From: Actinomycetota bacterium
GTDB taxonomy: Bacteria; Actinomycetota; Acidimicrobiia; Acidimicrobiales; Ilumatobacteraceae
Direction: 5' to 3'
Assembly: GCA_041176025.1 (NCBI GenBank)
Contig: JBEDDY010000166.1
Span: forward strand, 1 to 29,899
DNA: 29,899 nucleotides
Below, piece after piece: positions 16,129 through 25,016 of this stretch; within the stretch, counting starts at the first letter, position 1; each line of letters opens with the position of its first letter. Both the position numbers and the translations under genes were made by a program. The notes below the pieces were generated by a model, which saw nothing but the letters and a program-made list of their open reading frames with translations, was not told the origin of the DNA and did not search any database.

Positions 16129-17190
16129 ATGTCGACCGTCACGAATGGCATGGTGTGTTCGCATCACCACCTGTACTCTGCACTCGCGCGGGGGATGCCC
16201 GCTCCTCCACTGACCCCGACATCGTTCCTCTCGGTGCTCGAACAGGTGTGGTGGCGACTCGACACGGCGCTTGATCTCGACATCATCTACTGGTCCGCGG
16301 CCCTGGGTGCGGCCGAGGCATTGATGAACGGCACGACGGCGGTCATCGACCACCACGAGTCGCCCAATGCCATCGAGGGCAGTCTCGACGTCATCAGGGA
16401 TGCCTGCGACATGATCGGTGTCCGTTCGAACCTGTCCTACGGCGTGACGGACCGGTGGAATTCGGGGGCACTCTCCCCGACCGTCGAACCATCGGGGCGC
16501 ATGACCGACGCCGCCCGACGGGGCCTGCGCGAGAACGAAAGATTCCTGCGCAGCGGTGGGCGCGGGATGGTCGGCGTCCATGCGGCCTTCACGTGCACCG
16601 ACGAGACACTCGAGCACGCAGCGGGACTCGCAGCGGAACTCGAGACAGGGGTCCACATACACGTGGCAGAGGGACCGGAAGACCGCGATGCGGGCCGGAG
16701 GCTCGAGCACCTCTCCGGCGACGATTGGCTGCTCGTCCACTGCGTCCATCTCGACAGGCCGCTCAGGGGAACGATCGCCCACAACCCCCGGTCCAACATG
16801 AACAACTCCGTCGGGTATGCACACCCGGCGCGGCGTGCGAACACCGTAGTTCTCGGCACCGACGGCATCGGTGCAGACATGCTCGAGGAGGCGCGTCTCG
16901 CATACGTCCGGCTGCGCGAGTCCGACGTCACTGCATCCCCCGACACCGCATGGTCCTGGCTGTCGAACGGCGAGAAGTTCTTCCCCGAGGTTGCCAACGA
17001 CTCGGTGGAATGGTCCTACGACCACTCGGAGAGCGCCTGGCATGTCGCCTTCACACCGGGCGTGCGTGCGGTCAACGTCTCCGTCGACGGAGTTCAGGTG
17101 GTTCGCGACGGACAACCGCTCCATTTCGACCTGCAGGAGATCCGCACGAAAGCGGCCGAGGCCGCCACCCGACTTCATTCCCGATTGTGA
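16129..17190 (+). CDS. SsnA-like metal-dependent amidohydrolase (compact form)
   Basis: GMVCSHHHLYSALARG (SsnA-type HxH), GTTAVIDHH, GVHAAF, HIHVAE, VHCVH, HNPRSNMNNSVG, LGTDG. Confidence 0.82.
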   Translation: MSTVTNGMVCSHHHLYSALARGMPAPPLTPTSFLSVLEQVWWRLDTALDLDIIYWSAALGAAEALMNGTTAVIDHHESPNAIEGSLDVIRDACDMIGVRSNLSYGVTDRWNSGALSPTVEPSGRMTDAARRGLRENERFLRSGGRGMVGVHAAFTCTDETLEHAAGLAAELETGVHIHVAEGPEDRDAGRRLEHLSGDDWLLVHCVHLDRPLRGTIAHNPRSNMNNSVGYAHPARRANTVVLGTDGIGADMLEEARLAYVRLRESDVTASPDTAWSWLSNGEKFFPEVANDSVEWSYDHSESAWHVAFTPGVRAVNVSVDGVQVVRDGQPLHFDLQEIRTKAAEAATRLHSRL

Positions 17191-17197
17191 GCCACGC

Positions 17198-18034
17198 ATG
17201 CCAGTTCTGACACCCACCACCATCTCCGACGCTGCGGCCTCGCTCGCCGCGCATCCCGAGGCACAGATTCTCAGCGGCGGCACCGACTTCATGGTCGAGG
17301 TCAACTTCAACCACCGCAAGCCCTCGACAGTCGTCGCCCTCGGCGGGATCGAGGAACTGCGCCGTTGGAGCAACGACGGACACTCCGTTTTCATCGGCGC
17401 CGGGGTCACTTGGCAGGACATCGAGACGGGACCCATCGCGTCAGTCCTCCCCGCACTGGCCGAGGCGGCGCGAACGGTCGGTTCTCCGCAGATCCGTGCC
17501 GCCGGCACCATCGGCGGCAACCTCGGCACGTGCTCACCCGCAGGCGACGGCCTGCCGGTCCTCTCCGCACTCGAGTGCACCGTCCACCTGGTCTCGCCGC
17601 GCGGGGAACGCAGTCTTGCCTTCACGGAGTTCATGGTCGGACCGAAGCGCAACGCCAGGGCCGCGGACGAGATCATCACCGGCGTCACGGTGCCCGTGCC
17701 GAACGGCTACCAGGGCTACGCAAAGGTCGGCGTCCGCAACGCGATGGTGATCTCCATTGCGAGCGCGTGTCTCGTCATCCACGACAACAAGGTCCGCGTC
17801 GGGTTGGGCTCGGTGGGTCCCACGATCATCCGTCCGACGGCAGCAGAGCAATGGCTCGACCAACTGCAGGCGGTACCAGGGCGAGCCGTGTCCCCGGCAG
17901 TTGCCTCAGAGTTCGGGCGCCGCGTTGCTGATGAAGCCCGTCCCATCGACGACCACAGGTCGACCGCCGCGTACCGCCGTCACGCAATTTCCGTCATCAC
18001 ACGCCGACTTCTCGAACGGAGCGCACAGTCATGA
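17198..18034 (+). CDS. Xanthine dehydrogenase family FAD-binding subunit
   Basis: SGGTDF, IGAGVT, VGSPQIRAAGTIGGN, SPAGD, PIDDHRSTAAYR. Confidence 0.92.
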   Translation: MPVLTPTTISDAAASLAAHPEAQILSGGTDFMVEVNFNHRKPSTVVALGGIEELRRWSNDGHSVFIGAGVTWQDIETGPIASVLPALAEAARTVGSPQIRAAGTIGGNLGTCSPAGDGLPVLSALECTVHLVSPRGERSLAFTEFMVGPKRNARAADEIITGVTVPVPNGYQGYAKVGVRNAMVISIASACLVIHDNKVRVGLGSVGPTIIRPTAAEQWLDQLQAVPGRAVSPAVASEFGRRVADEARPIDDHRSTAAYRRHAISVITRRLLERSAQS

Positions 18035-18519
18035 GCAACAACGAGATCTACACACTCACCGTGAACGGGGAGACACGGGAGGTCAGGGACTCCTGGGTCG
18101 GCGAGAGCCTTCTCTACGTGCTGCGCGAACGACTGGGTCTCCCGGGCTCGAAGGGTGCCTGCGAACAGGGCGAATGCGGCAGTTGCACCGTCGTCATCGA
18201 CAACCGGGCGGTCTGCAGCTGTCTCGTCCTCGCGGCGTCCGCAGTCGGCAGGGACATCGCAACCGTCGAGGGTCTGAACCCCGATGGCTCCCTGACCGAC
18301 GTCCAGCAGGCCTTCATCGACGAGGGTGCCGTCCAGTGCGGCTTCTGCACACCCGGGCTCGTGGTGGCCGTGCACGGGCTTCTCGAACGCAATCCCCGAC
18401 CGAACGAACTCGAGGTGAAGGAAGCCCTGTCGGGGAACATCTGCCGGTGCACGGGGTACGGGCGCATCTTCGCGGCGGTCGACAAGGTGGTCGCGGACCG
18501 GAACGGGGGCACACGATGA
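18031..18519 (+). CDS. Xanthine dehydrogenase family 2x[2Fe-2S] subunit
   Basis: GACEQGECGSC, VCSC, QCGFCTPG, GNICRCTGY. Confidence 0.95.
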   Translation: MSNNEIYTLTVNGETREVRDSWVGESLLYVLRERLGLPGSKGACEQGECGSCTVVIDNRAVCSCLVLAASAVGRDIATVEGLNPDGSLTDVQQAFIDEGAVQCGFCTPGLVVAVHGLLERNPRPNELEVKEALSGNICRCTGYGRIFAAVDKVVADRNGGTR

Positions 18520-20777
18520 GTTCGGTCACCACACGCAGGGACACACTCGGCGCGAACGCGTTGCGACCTGACGGAGCAGCGAAGGTCCGTGGTGAGTTCG
18601 GCTTCACGGGCGATCTGTGGCATGACGGCATGCTCTGGGGTGCGACACTGCGTTCACCCCACCCCCATGCCCGCATCGTCTCCATCGACACCACACCGGC
18701 GCTGCGCATTCCCGGCGTCACTGCCGTCGTGACCGCCGAGGACGTCCCGGGACAGATGAACTACGGCCTCATCGCGGAGGACCAACCTGTTTTCGCGTCG
18801 GACATCGTGCGCTACATGGGCGAGCCCGTCGCTGCGGTGGCCGCCGACCACCCGGAGACCTGTCGTCGTGCGCTCGCCGCGATCGCCGTCGAATACGAGG
18901 TGCTGACCCCACTGTGGGACCCCGCGAAGGCGATCGACGGGAGTGCAGAACCGATCCATCCCGACGGGAACGTCTTCAGGACACAGAAGATCATCCATGG
19001 CGACCCGTCCGTGCGTGGCGACGTCACGGTGGAGGGTGAGTACGTCATCGGAATGCAGGACCAGGCCTTCCTCGGCACGGAAGCCGCTCTTGCAATCCCC
19101 GATCACGACGGCGGTGGCGTCGAGGTCTACGTGGCGACCCAGTGGCTGCACGAGGACCAGAAGCAAATGGCGAAATGCCTCGGGCTCCCGGTCGACAAGG
19201 TGCGACTGACACTCGGCGGAGTGGGTGGTGCATTCGGTGGGCGCGAGGACCTCAGCCTGCAGGTTCACACGGCCCTTCTCGCGCTCCACACCGGGCGACC
19301 GGTGAAGATGCAGTACGGCCGCGAGGAGTCCTTCTTCGGCCACATCCACAGGCACCCCGCGACGGTGTGGATGAGGCACCATGCACGACGGGACGGCACC
19401 ATCGTGAACATCGAGGCACGGTTCGTGTTCGACGGAGGCGCCTACGCCTCCACATCGTCAGCGGTGCTGCTGAACGGGATCACCCACACACAGGGTCCCT
19501 ACAAGTGCCCCAACGCCTCGGTGACCGGATGGGCCGTGCGCACCAACAATCCCCCGTGCGGCGCCATGCGGGGTTTCGGCGTCGTGCAGGCGTGTTACGC
19601 ACACGAGAGCCAGATGGACAAGCTGGCGGCCGCGCTCGGCATGTCACCCGTCGACATCAGACTGAAGAACGCCATGGAAACCGGGGACACCCTCATCACG
19701 GGACAGGTGATGGACAGTGTCGCACCGGTGACGGAATGCATCAGGCAGACCGACGCCATCCCGTTGCCGGCCGAGATGGCCGCGGATCCCGATGAACTCG
19801 AGTTGCCGGGCGGATCGGGACTCACCAGCGACCGACGCCACATCAAGCGCGGCGTCGGCTGGGGTGTGAGCATCAAGAACATCATGTACAGCGAGGGTTT
19901 CGACGATTACTCCACGGCGCGCTGCAGGCTGGAGGACGGCGTGGTCACCCTCAAGTTCGCAACGAGTGAGGTCGGTCAGGGATTCGTCACGCTGGCACCG
20001 CAGATCGCACGCACCGTCATCGGTGTCGACGACGTCATCATCGACACGATCGACACCGGTGTGGGCTCGGCGGGATCGACGTCGGCCTCGCGACAGACAT
20101 GGATGAGCGGCGGCGCTGTCAAGGGCGCATGCATGCTCGTGCAACAGAGAATCCTGGAGCACGTTGCCCGGACCCATTCGTTGGACGTTGCCACGCTGTC
20201 CATCGAGGGCACCGAGGTCGTCAACTCGGCGGGGACACTGCGCATCAACGTGGTCGAGGCCACGCGAGGCGTGTCGTTCGACGAGACATTCGAGCACCAC
20301 CACAGGTCCACGGAGGACCTCGACGAGAACGGCCAGGGCAACTGTCATGTGGCCTTCGCGTTCGTCGCACACCGCGCTGTCGTCGACGTGGACGAGGAAC
20401 TCGGTCTCGTGAAGGTCGTCCAGATCGCCACCGCACAGGACGTGGGGGTCGCGCTGAACCCGCTGTCCGTCATCGGCCAGATCGAGGGAGGCATCGCACA
20501 GGGTCTCGGCCTCGCAGTGATGGAGGAGATCATCGTGACGGAGGGTCGCGTGCGCAACCCCAGTTTCACCGATTACCTGCTGCCCACCACGCTCGACGCC
20601 CCGGTGGTCGAGGCGCGGATGATCGAGCAGTACGAACCGCTGTCACCACTGGGAGCCAAGGGTGTCGGGGAGCCGCCGTGCATCTCCGTGACACCCGCCA
20701 TCGCGAATGCCATCCGCAACGCGACGGGAAAGGTCATTGACAGGGTCCCGGTGCGTCCGCAGGACATCTGCCTCTAG
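18516..20777 (+). CDS. Xanthine dehydrogenase family molybdopterin-binding subunit (PucD-like)
   Basis: LRSPHPHARI, GGAFGGRE, DGGAY, AMRGFG, SEVGQG, QIEGGIAQG, catalytic Glu in GAKGVGEPP. Confidence 0.93.
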   Translation: MSSVTTRRDTLGANALRPDGAAKVRGEFGFTGDLWHDGMLWGATLRSPHPHARIVSIDTTPALRIPGVTAVVTAEDVPGQMNYGLIAEDQPVFASDIVRYMGEPVAAVAADHPETCRRALAAIAVEYEVLTPLWDPAKAIDGSAEPIHPDGNVFRTQKIIHGDPSVRGDVTVEGEYVIGMQDQAFLGTEAALAIPDHDGGGVEVYVATQWLHEDQKQMAKCLGLPVDKVRLTLGGVGGAFGGREDLSLQVHTALLALHTGRPVKMQYGREESFFGHIHRHPATVWMRHHARRDGTIVNIEARFVFDGGAYASTSSAVLLNGITHTQGPYKCPNASVTGWAVRTNNPPCGAMRGFGVVQACYAHESQMDKLAAALGMSPVDIRLKNAMETGDTLITGQVMDSVAPVTECIRQTDAIPLPAEMAADPDELELPGGSGLTSDRRHIKRGVGWGVSIKNIMYSEGFDDYSTARCRLEDGVVTLKFATSEVGQGFVTLAPQIARTVIGVDDVIIDTIDTGVGSAGSTSASRQTWMSGGAVKGACMLVQQRILEHVARTHSLDVATLSIEGTEVVNSAGTLRINVVEATRGVSFDETFEHHHRSTEDLDENGQGNCHVAFAFVAHRAVVDVDEELGLVKVVQIATAQDVGVALNPLSVIGQIEGGIAQGLGLAVMEEIIVTEGRVRNPSFTDYLLPTTLDAPVVEARMIEQYEPLSPLGAKGVGEPPCISVTPAIANAIRNATGKVIDRVPVRPQDICL

Positions 20778-20780
20778 GAG

Positions 20781-22070
20781 TCAGGCACCGAACACGCGAC
20801 GGGTGTAATCGTTGCGGAACGTGCGGTCCGGATCGAGGCGGTTGCGCATCGAGATGAAGTCGTTCCAACGCGGGTACAGCCCGGCCAGTTCGTCTGCCTC
20901 GCGGAAATGGAGCTTGCCCCAGTGCGGGCGGGCATCGTGGCCGCGCAGGATGTCCTCGACGTCGCGCATGAAGGGTTCGTGTTCCATCCCCTTGAACACG
21001 TGCACCGCGATGTAAGCGGACTCCCGGCCGAACGCGGTCGACAACGGGATGTCATCGGGCGCAGTGAAGCGCACCTCCACCGGGAAGTTGAGCTTGTAGC
21101 CCTTGCGGTCGACCATCGCGCGGATCGCGTTCAGGGCCGGCCCGACGGCTTCGCGCGGCATGGCCTGTTCCATCTCGTAGAACTTCACGAGACGCGGGCT
21201 CGCAAAGATCCTGAAACTGTCGTCACTGTAGGAGCGCTCGCCCGAGGCGGGCAGCGCCTTGGCGAGACGCGGGATGGCTGACGGGACCATGCGGCCGGCG
21301 ATGCACACCGCACCGAACGCGTAGTTCTCCATGAAGGTCTTCTCGAACCACCCGCGAACCCTCGGCAGTGGCTCGCGCGGACCATCGTGCCTGTTGTTCC
21401 TCTTGGTGAGTGCCCATCCGGTGTGCGGGACCCAGAAGAACTCGAAATGGTCGTTCGTCCCCACGAGCTCGTCGATACCGGCCAGAACCGAGTCGACACG
21501 CATGGGAACCTCCGTCGCCCTCAACAGGAAGGCAGGAACGACGGAGAGCGTGCACTCCGTGATGATCCCGAGAGCCCCGACACTGACGCGAGCGACATCC
21601 AGAACGTCAGGATTTGTGTCGGCATCGCACACGACGACTGTGCCGGCGCCGTCGACCAATCTCATCGCCCGCACCTGAGTGGCAAGACCCCCGACTCTCA
21701 CGCCGGTGCCGTGGGTCGACGTCGAGATGGCACCGGCGACGGTCTGGTAGGCGATGTCCCCCAGGTTCGGCAGGGCCAGACCCTCGGCGTGGAGCAACTC
21801 GTTGAGCTTCCACAGGGGCGTCCCCGCCCCGACCGTGACGGTCATGGCCTCGCGGTCGATGGAGCGGACTCCCGAGAGTGCCCCGACCCTCACCATGAGG
21901 TCGTTCGTGACCACGGCGGCAGTGAAACTGTGCCCCGAGGCGGCGACGCGGACGGCACGGCCATGGGAATGCGCTCGGGTCACGATTTCCGCCACCTGGG
22001 CCTCGTCTCTCGGATCCTCGATGTTCTCCGGTCGCGCGACCTGGTTGCCGGCCCAGTTGGTCCACTTCAC
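20781..22070 (-). CDS. FAD-linked oxidase, D-arabinono-1,4-lactone oxidase (ALO) family
   Basis: WTNWAGN, SGHSF (His for covalent FAD in this family), AGAISTSTHGTG, FPVEVR, RPHWGK. GTG 22070 has CAGAAT 6 nt upstream. Confidence 0.9.
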   Translation of the reverse strand: MKWTNWAGNQVARPENIEDPRDEAQVAEIVTRAHSHGRAVRVAASGHSFTAAVVTNDLMVRVGALSGVRSIDREAMTVTVGAGTPLWKLNELLHAEGLALPNLGDIAYQTVAGAISTSTHGTGVRVGGLATQVRAMRLVDGAGTVVVCDADTNPDVLDVARVSVGALGIITECTLSVVPAFLLRATEVPMRVDSVLAGIDELVGTNDHFEFFWVPHTGWALTKRNNRHDGPREPLPRVRGWFEKTFMENYAFGAVCIAGRMVPSAIPRLAKALPASGERSYSDDSFRIFASPRLVKFYEMEQAMPREAVGPALNAIRAMVDRKGYKLNFPVEVRFTAPDDIPLSTAFGRESAYIAVHVFKGMEHEPFMRDVEDILRGHDARPHWGKLHFREADELAGLYPRWNDFISMRNRLDPDRTFRNDYTRRVFGA

Positions 22071-22076
22071 GGGCCA

Positions 22077-22082
22077 ATTCTG
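22077..22082 (-). promoter_or_regulatory. -10-like CAGAAT, leaderless ALO transcript
   Basis: 6 nt upstream of GTG 22070; position 1 is non-consensus. Confidence 0.45.
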
Positions 22083-22151
22083 CCCCAACACCGGCGTCAG
22101 AACGGGTCTCAGGGGTGGTGCCCGACTGGGTCCTGCGTGGGGCCGACGGCA

Positions 22152-22180
22152 TAGGGTGAGGGAAACGACTTCAACGGAGG
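22152..22180 (+). promoter_or_regulatory. -10 TAGGGT (22152-22157) plus Shine-Dalgarno GGAGG (22176-22180)
   Basis: Leadered promoter architecture; the SD is 6 nt from GTG 22187. Confidence 0.6.
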
Positions 22181-22186
22181 CTGAAC

Positions 22187-22582
22187 GTGACCACTACCCA
22201 GGTCCCCCACGTCAATTACCTCGTGCTCGGCGACAAGCCGCACCTCGAGGCAAACGAATGCACGAACTGCAAGGCGCGCTTCTTCGATCGTCGCAATGCC
22301 TGTGCCAAGTGCTTCCAGACGGACTTCAAGAAGGTCAGCATCGCGACCGACGGTGTGGTCCGGTCCTTCACGATCGTCACCTTCGCCTCCCCGGGCGTGC
22401 CTGTCCCCTTCGTCGCGGCAATCGTCGACTGCGGCGGCACCAGCGTCAGGGGAAACCTGATCAATGTCGACCCCACCCCCGAGAAAGTCTCGCTGGGGAT
22501 GAAGGTCAAGCTCGCCACCTACTCGCTCGGGACCGACGACAACGGTGCCGAGGCGATCGGCTTCGGGTTCGAACCGGCCTGA
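22187..22582 (+). CDS. DUF35-family Zn-ribbon/OB-fold protein (thiolase partner)
   Basis: CTNC...CAKC zinc ribbon, GVVRSFTIV, VPFVAAIVD, GMKV...F.F.P; directly upstream of a thiolase. Confidence 0.9.
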   Translation: MTTTQVPHVNYLVLGDKPHLEANECTNCKARFFDRRNACAKCFQTDFKKVSIATDGVVRSFTIVTFASPGVPVPFVAAIVDCGGTSVRGNLINVDPTPEKVSLGMKVKLATYSLGTDDNGAEAIGFGFEPA

Positions 22583-22640
22583 TTCACCAATCCATCCACA
22601 AGAACCACTAGAACTACGGAAGAAAGTCAAGGAGAACACC

Positions 22641-23840
22641 ATGGCAACAGATGACATCTACATCCTCGGAATCGTGATGACGAAGTTCGGCAAGCACCCG
22701 GACAAGGACACGGTCGACCTCGCATCAGAAGCAGTCATGGGTGCGCTCAAGGACGCAGGCGTGACGATGGCCGACATGGGCATTCTCGCTGCGGGCTGCC
22801 TGATGGGACAGGGCGGCATCGGCCAGCAGATCCAGAAGCAGGTCGGCCAGACCGGCATCCCGGTGTACAACGTGTCGAATGCGTGCGCCACCGGTGCCAC
22901 CGCACTGCGCACAGCAATCATGGCCATCAAGGCTGGCGAAACCGACATGGGCCTCGCAGTGGGCGTCGAGAAGCTCGCGGGCGTCGGACTGCTGGGCGCA
23001 CGCCCCGCATCCGCCTCCAAGGAATGGACCCCGTCCGGTCGCTATGGCGCCGTCACCGGCACCGACGGTCGCATCGGCACCGACAACATGCCCGGCACGT
23101 TCGCACAGGTCGGCATGGAGTACGGCCACAAGTACGGTGGCGCGACGTTCGAGGTGTTCGCCAAGATCGCCGAGAAGAACCACGCGCACTCCACGCTGAA
23201 CCCCATGGCCGCCTACCAGAAGCGAATGACGCTGGACGAGATCATGAACGATGTCATGATCGCGTACCCGAACACCCGCTCCATGTGCTCGGCCAACTGC
23301 GACGGTGCGGCCGCGGCCGTGGTCGTCAGCGGCGCAAAGCTGAAGACCCTCTCGAAGGAACAGCAGCGCCGTGCCATCAAGGTGTCTGCCTCCATCCTCA
23401 CCAGTGACCCGTACCAGGAGGCCTGCCAGGTTCTCCCCGACGTGAACACGCTCACCCGGATCGCCGCCAAGCAGGCGTACGAGCAGGCAGGCGTCGGACC
23501 CGAGGACCTGAATCTCGTGGAACTGCACGACTGCTTTGCCACCGCGGAACTGGTGCACTACGACAACCTGATGCTCTGCCCCGAGGGTGGCGCAGTCGAC
23601 TTCTTCAATTCCGGCGCCACGTGGCGCACGGGCAAGACCCCGGTGAACGTCTCCGGCGGTCTCGAGTCGAAGGGTCACCCGATCGCCGCCACCGGCATCG
23701 CCAACATCTGGGAAATCTGCCATCACCTCCGCGGTGAGGCCGGTGACCGCCAGATCGAGGGTGCGAAGGTCGGTCTCGCCCACGTCATCGGCCTCGGCTC
23801 GGCCTGCGGCATCCACATCCTCGAGAAGTCGGCTCTCTGA
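22641..23840 (+). CDS. Thiolase family protein, SCP2/SCP-x type
   Basis: MTKFGK, NVSNACATG (Cys kept), ELHDCF, NVSGGLESKGHPIAATG. SD AAGGAG upstream. Confidence 0.92.
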   Translation: MATDDIYILGIVMTKFGKHPDKDTVDLASEAVMGALKDAGVTMADMGILAAGCLMGQGGIGQQIQKQVGQTGIPVYNVSNACATGATALRTAIMAIKAGETDMGLAVGVEKLAGVGLLGARPASASKEWTPSGRYGAVTGTDGRIGTDNMPGTFAQVGMEYGHKYGGATFEVFAKIAEKNHAHSTLNPMAAYQKRMTLDEIMNDVMIAYPNTRSMCSANCDGAAAAVVVSGAKLKTLSKEQQRRAIKVSASILTSDPYQEACQVLPDVNTLTRIAAKQAYEQAGVGPEDLNLVELHDCFATAELVHYDNLMLCPEGGAVDFFNSGATWRTGKTPVNVSGGLESKGHPIAATGIANIWEICHHLRGEAGDRQIEGAKVGLAHVIGLGSACGIHILEKSAL

Positions 23841-24979
23841 CCGGACTCCCGCCCATCTCGGGCCACGTCGAGCCTGCCTATTCGGCGGTTCTCGACGCAT
23901 TCAGGAACAACTTCGCCGAACACAACGAGATCGGCGGTGCCGTGTGCGTGAGCGTGCACGGGAAAGTCGTGGTCGACCTTGTCGGCGGTTGGCGTGACGT
24001 CGCGCGCACCCTGACCTGGGAATACGACACCATCGTCAACGCATTCAGTGTCGGCAAGGGTCTGACCTCCCTCGTGGCGGCAATGCTCGTCGACAGGGGT
24101 GCCATCACCTACGACACGGTCGTGAGCCGCGTGTGGCCCGACTTCTCCGGCCACGGAAAGGATTCGCTGACGTTCGCCGACCTGCTGGGGCACAGGGCCG
24201 GCCTCCCTGCAGTACGCCGCACACTGCCCGCCAATTCCATGTACGACTGGGACCTCATGTGCTCAGAGCTCGCCGTCACCGAACCCTGGTGGAAGCCGGG
24301 GACGGCGCATGGCTATCACGTCAACACCTTCGGGTTCTTGTGTGGCGAGGTGATGCGTCGTGTCACTGGCCAAAGCGTCGGCGGGCTGTTCCGCACCCTC
24401 CTGGGTGAGCCGCTGGGAGCGGACATCCACCTGGGGGTCCCCGACTCTGAACACCACCGCATCGCGGAATTCGAATGGCCACCGGCAGCCCTGTCGGAGG
24501 TCGACACGAGCGGGTTCACCGAGCAACAACTCCTGCAGTACAACACCTACAACAACCCACTTGGCACGTCGGGTGGCGGCACGGTCAACACGGCCGACTG
24601 GCGCACGGCCGAGATACCGAGCACGAACACGCACGCGTCAGCCCGCGGCATCGAGCGCGTGTACAGGGAACTTGCCGCCGGCGGCGGGCAGTTGCTCGGA
24701 CCTTCCACCCTGGCTAGCGCCCTCAGCGAGACATCAAACGGACCCGATGTCGTGCTGGAACGGAACTCCCGGTTCGCGAGAGGCTTCCAGATCCCTCTCC
24801 CCGAGAGGGGGTTCGGACCGAATCCTGCCGCCTTCGGACATTTCGGAGCCGGTGGCTCGGTCGGCTTCTGTGATCCGTCGACCGGCGTGGCGTTCGGGTA
24901 TGTCATGAATCAGATGGGTCCGAGGTGGCAGAACCCCCGCAACCGGGCCCTCATGGACGCCGTCTTCGCCTCGCTCTAA
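23837..24979 (+). CDS. Serine hydrolase, beta-lactamase/class C (family VIII esterase-like)
   Basis: FSVGKG (SxxK), LLGHRAGL, WWKPG..HGYH, FGHFGAGGS. Family-like sequence (GHVEPAYSAVLDAFRNNF..EIGGAV) continues upstream of the first GTG (23942); start tentatively CTG 23837. Confidence 0.88.
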   Translation: MTGLPPISGHVEPAYSAVLDAFRNNFAEHNEIGGAVCVSVHGKVVVDLVGGWRDVARTLTWEYDTIVNAFSVGKGLTSLVAAMLVDRGAITYDTVVSRVWPDFSGHGKDSLTFADLLGHRAGLPAVRRTLPANSMYDWDLMCSELAVTEPWWKPGTAHGYHVNTFGFLCGEVMRRVTGQSVGGLFRTLLGEPLGADIHLGVPDSEHHRIAEFEWPPAALSEVDTSGFTEQQLLQYNTYNNPLGTSGGGTVNTADWRTAEIPSTNTHASARGIERVYRELAAGGGQLLGPSTLASALSETSNGPDVVLERNSRFARGFQIPLPERGFGPNPAAFGHFGAGGSVGFCDPSTGVAFGYVMNQMGPRWQNPRNRALMDAVFASL

Positions 24980-25016
24980 CAGTCACGAACGGGGTCCCGT
25001 GTGGGACGATGAGTGT

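Noticed and set aside
16096-17688. 530-aa minus-strand ORF
   Set aside because: Antisense to two well-supported genes, with no motifs; long shadow ORFs are expected at this GC content.
17757-18515. Apparent 1006-aa Mo subunit
   Set aside because: The extension overlaps the FAD and FeS genes in another frame; the true start is ATG 18516.
17198-20777. Calling the Mo enzyme CO dehydrogenase (coxMSL) or a selenoprotein
   Set aside because: The active-site loop is AMRGFG, not the AYxCSFR of form I CoxL; there is no in-frame TGA and no selenium-handling gene nearby.
23874-23883. CCTGCCTATT also present near 3222, and CTGCCTATT in the tRNA D-arm
   Set aside because: Short matches inside a coding region and a tRNA with no promoter geometry; consistent with chance.
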